Below, in pieces: positions 61,401 through 64,000 of a stretch of 64,000 nt of DNA. Below the pieces are notes generated by a model. It worked only from the letters and a program-made list of their open reading frames with translations, searched no databases and was not told the DNA's origin. How positions within the stretch are numbered: position 1 is the first letter of the stretch; each line of letters opens with the position of its first letter. The DNA comes from a virus. Taxonomy: Duplodnaviria; Heunggongvirae; Uroviricota; Caudoviricetes. The translations under genes were made by a program, and so were the position numbers. The stretch is taken from the IMG/VR virus record IMGVR_UViG_2724679073_000003; one strand, 5' to 3'.

Positions 61401-64000
61401 GAAACGATAGGTGATCCGGCGATAGTACAGGTCCATGTCAGTACATACGCGGTCCATATCCCTGATTATTGAGAAGATCGGACGGGCTTTCTCGTGCTCA
61501 ATCACGCCGTCTTCATTGACCGAGGTCGTTACGCCATTGTTGGCTTTGGCCGCCGCTTCCGCCTGCTGACGCAATTCTTCATACGCCGCCAGTTGTTCTT
61601 CAGTAAGTGGTGCATCCTGCTGGTGTTCGTCCAGCTCCGGGATCTCCACGGTATCCTTAACGTCTTCCGCCGTTTTAAGCGTTACCCAGCGATGGAATAT
61701 ACCGCGCAGCGCATCAAGGTTTTCAAAGCCCACCAGCGCCATTTTTTCTTCAACTTCACCGCTAATTTTCTGTACCGTTTCCAGCCTGGTCTTGCCGAAG
61801 AATTTAACGAAGTCATCAGGACCGTAGATCCCCATGTTCTGCCAGTATTCCTTCGGCAGAACATGAGAAAGCATGTTGTATGCATCGATCGGGGTGTTAA
61901 CGACTGGCGTTGCAGTCAGGAGAACCGGCCCGCGCCCACCATTCTTTTTCATCAGGTACGCGTTTTTAATTGCCATATCTCGCGCCGATTGCGCCACCGC
62001 GCTGGTGGGCAGATAGGCCAGTTGTGACGCTTCGCGACCATTTTTATAGCTATTGCGGTAGTTGTGACCTTCGTCAGCGATCACACTATCGAAGCCCATA
62101 TCCTCAAAGTACGGATACTTCTCTGCTTTTTCGGTGCCGGTATCTGAATACTCCGACAATACCCGGCGACGCGCGGCCTCTTTGCGGTGGGAGTCGGAGT
62201 CCATTGCGCTGGCTACGCGTCCGGCGGCAACGAAGTCATAAAGCATATCCTGTGCATGCTCATCTACGGTGTCATCACGTAGCGGAATGCGGGCGTATTG
62301 TTCTTTGGTAAACACGACTGCACGGTAATTTGAGTGCGGGATCGCGTTCATCCGCGCCGTGATAGTGGCTTCATCTGCCAGCTTAAGAGCATCGCGCATA
62401 ACTGGAGTGCCATCAGTACCAAGAACAGGTTTACCGTTCTCATCGAGCACCTGCACCTGGCGAATCTGATCGCCATCCATCAGCACATCAAGACCGACGA
62501 ACAGGTAGTTACTGAATGCCTCTTCACTCAGGAATTCTTTTGCTTCGTAATACCAGTTTTCCAGCACTGATTTAGGCACTACATACGCAGTACGGGTGGA
62601 GCGACCGTTCTCATAGTTGAACGCCTCAAGCGCCAGCGCGGTCGTGGTTTTACCCAGCCCGGTGCCGAAGCCCAGGATGCCGCGCCCATCTTCGGACAGT
62701 CGGCGCACCTCGCTATTCTGGTAATCAAATGGCTGGCGCTTACCGCTTAATCCCTTCAACCCAAGCGGATCGCCAGAGTGTTCATACGGGATATTGCTAT
62801 TGAACACATCGTTGTATTTGGCAACCAGCTCATCGTAGCGATCGTGCGTCTTGATCCACTTATTGAACTGGTCCTCAAGCAGTGCCATCTGCTCGCGGTA
62901 GCCGTTCGCCGTCGCGCTATCTTTGCCACCGATACGCGCACCATTGAGATACTTTTCCAGCTGTGCCGGGAACCCGGTCGCGTTTTCACCTGATTTACGG
63001 TCCCACTCGTAGCGAATCTCACCTGTTTCTTTATCCTTGCGCTGGACGACACCGTATCGGTGCCCGACGAACAGACCATCACCACCGTGATAGGTGTCAG
63101 AAACCATTTCGTCGCCTTCCAGCTGCACTGACTGCACATAGCGCAGATCCGGATAGCCGTTTTCCTGCAAAAATTCCAGAATGACGGAACGGTCGAACCA
63201 ACGGCTATTGAGCTTAAACCGGATATTCTCTGCTGGCGTCTTGATGCGCTTCTCTTCGATAGCTGCCAGCTGATTAAGGACGTTGTTCTTTACTGGACCG
63301 TCGGGGAGTGTGGCGAGGAATTCCTGTTTTGGAGCCACTATCTCGTTAATGTCGCCGCTGGTGGCGCGGGCGAACGGAACAATCCCGCCATACGGTGAAA
63401 CCGCAATACCAGGGGTGCTGGCCAATAAATTAAGCAACTCTTCATCACTGGCTGGCAGTTCGCCGGTAAACGCAAGGCGGAAATCATCGAGCTGGATTGG
63501 ATCGCGGGTGAGATCGCTATAGAGATAACGCAGGGTGTCCTGATAGCTGGTGGAGTCATAACTTGCGCTGGAATCATGCGTAACCAGCTTCCCTGTCAGC
63601 TCGTCAGAAATAGTGCCATCCAGCTTAATTGCACCACGGAAAGCAAACCAGGCGCGCGCACCGCTCCCCGACAATTTCGCTATCGGACCGCGACCGGGGT
63701 TACCAAAACGGTCAATCTCTGCCTGCAAACGGGATACCAGAGAAAGGCGCTGCTGTTCGATTTGTTCAGCACTATGCCCGGCGGCCTTCATGTCCTGATA
63801 TTCAATTAACATCCGGCCAATCATCGCCCCGCGATACAAGCGTTCACGGTATTTTTCAGGCTGGCTGTTAATCCAGTCCACCAGCTGCACCATATCGTCG
63901 CTGATTGATGTGGTGTACTTATCGCGGACATTTGCCATCTGGGTAAATGTCATGCCGAGACGGCCTTCTGTTGTAGTCAGGTTACGCTGAAGAGCCTCCC
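58461..64000 (-). CDS. darB: DarB-like giant antirestriction protein with SNF2/DExH helicase, N-terminus beyond window end
   Basis: ORF open to window end; helicase motifs GFGTGLGKTTTALA, VIADEGHNYRN, LLLTATPVVNTP; at least 1830 aa in window. Confidence 0.7.
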   Translation of the reverse strand, partial: EALQRNLTTTEGRLGMTFTQMANVRDKYTTSISDDMVQLVDWINSQPEKYRERLYRGAMIGRMLIEYQDMKAAGHSAEQIEQQRLSLVSRLQAEIDRFGNPGRGPIAKLSGSGARAWFAFRGAIKLDGTISDELTGKLVTHDSSASYDSTSYQDTLRYLYSDLTRDPIQLDDFRLAFTGELPASDEELLNLLASTPGIAVSPYGGIVPFARATSGDINEIVAPKQEFLATLPDGPVKNNVLNQLAAIEEKRIKTPAENIRFKLNSRWFDRSVILEFLQENGYPDLRYVQSVQLEGDEMVSDTYHGGDGLFVGHRYGVVQRKDKETGEIRYEWDRKSGENATGFPAQLEKYLNGARIGGKDSATANGYREQMALLEDQFNKWIKTHDRYDELVAKYNDVFNSNIPYEHSGDPLGLKGLSGKRQPFDYQNSEVRRLSEDGRGILGFGTGLGKTTTALALEAFNYENGRSTRTAYVVPKSVLENWYYEAKEFLSEEAFSNYLFVGLDVLMDGDQIRQVQVLDENGKPVLGTDGTPVMRDALKLADEATITARMNAIPHSNYRAVVFTKEQYARIPLRDDTVDEHAQDMLYDFVAAGRVASAMDSDSHRKEAARRRVLSEYSDTGTEKAEKYPYFEDMGFDSVIADEGHNYRNSYKNGREASQLAYLPTSAVAQSARDMAIKNAYLMKKNGGRGPVLLTATPVVNTPIDAYNMLSHVLPKEYWQNMGIYGPDDFVKFFGKTRLETVQKISGEVEEKMALVGFENLDALRGIFHRWVTLKTAEDVKDTVEIPELDEHQQDAPLTEEQLAAYEELRQQAEAAAKANNGVTTSVNEDGVIEHEKARPIFSIIRDMDRVCTDMDLYYRRITYRFLPEYADAVQQLADSLPKQATSEDDDSDDSITQQSQYSLIDKGEFIQLQVPEAFEQEVNKRLARFGIDEQTVTHPVTPKYAKLIATLKEFFPEGKQIIFTDEKTQHQKLKRIICNALNLEPSKVGILNAQTVAEAGKTGKKLKAVKPPKELPDEPTDAQIAKYNEQMALYDAYIAQQNEMSLGGLEKIAADFQEGRTPIIICNKKAEVGINLHRGTTDIHHLTLPWTPASIAQRNGRGARVGSNRASVRVHYYCGKGSFDEYRLKTLKRKAGWISDILRSDKSEMENADANDMIEMQMYTAKDDGERLAMMQVQMDKAKAAKRARQKEQATIDLQNYIKAQHAAGEDVEVLTAELERSKAELEKTTADVAKFKQAVMAKAADNADWKARWGSVHHTDRMLLAQYRASLKSAIQRKANISQAISRYEKLLNRTQKAATDIKRLRPLVEDAINKGILDVDPDLVNHANEFLVIGDRSWRVGQYYDCAGDIVRIKSLDFDSQRADVEIIFTFKGTKSGNWDVKTLDKQVDVTPDEDAVMQKISGGVSIAGINDIVSCDDFYRFQQRGMIKITDSYGVQTTESGYSIDFVGTYTDPLKHAVYPDRRDSALKSSIAKWVLGMMSEGNNRQIRSAETFLVELFGSNYGDVIASYGDTLSPEAIQEKIADAIARMPEKTSQGATRNGDSELEVTNAIFGTNEFRASDYEITTAQFGTIGIYSNKDEIKQTMDAASARIAAERKANLNHAVAALTQSWVTAIREAATTGKITPAIADVVNDGSKFMDAYQMDAVKLPSAYGQLSYRMTYNLVSMFSDLAILGLVDLNEVTPELLSMRKNHVEILHRINTVLAGRTDEEKQADADRINLALGNITEEEIAARNEKQEELSSIQGDATSIAQSLGLNYRVSTADLKMMYAPKFAAGEVFGLQEASGMKGVLFRAKDAIKAKFGARWLPAKAKNSDFPGNWWIIETKHNVADVLAVIQQYA

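Noticed and set aside
58592-63871. Many + strand ORFs of 60-180 aa inside the darB region
   Set aside because: Antisense to a continuous 1830-codon ORF with helicase motifs; expected frame artefacts.

Overview
This window is a segment of a P1-like temperate phage / plasmid-prophage genome (Enterobacteriaceae). Gene calls rest on reading the ORF translations and DNA motifs by eye and on recalled knowledge of phage P1; no searches were run. Recognisable P1 modules: partial ant, kilA-repL lytic replicon, tail/sheath/head genes, parS-parB-parA partition, iteron replicon (incA-repA-incC-oriR with GATC cluster and DnaA box), hrdC, bifunctional Dmt methyltransferase, a tRNA cluster, tciA and Ban helicase, a six-gene baseplate block, an early operon with lambda-like protein phosphatase, the SOS module hot-LexA box-humD, phd-doc, lpa-pacA(pac)-pacB, immC (c1, coi), loxP-cre-cra-ref, and partial darB. 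More than 15 copies of the C1 operator motif (ATTGCTCTAATAAATTT) are scattered through the window. Departures from the P1 layout as I recall it: (1) an AT-rich island carrying a single RelA/SpoT-family (toxSAS, CapRel-like) gene where P1 has res-mod; (2) a complete second immI-like cassette (operator, promoter, c4-like RNA, icd, ant) between pacB and c1; (3) a T5orf172/GIY-YIG-like gene between incA and parA; (4) RepA and iterons that differ from P1 while ParA/ParB look P1-type; (5) a glycosyltransferase-rich early operon; (6) an extra Tyr-like tRNA plus repeated tRNA-like hairpin elements. The CapRel-like gene is the strongest candidate for a defence system, but that family has been described in P1-like prophages, so it is probably not new.
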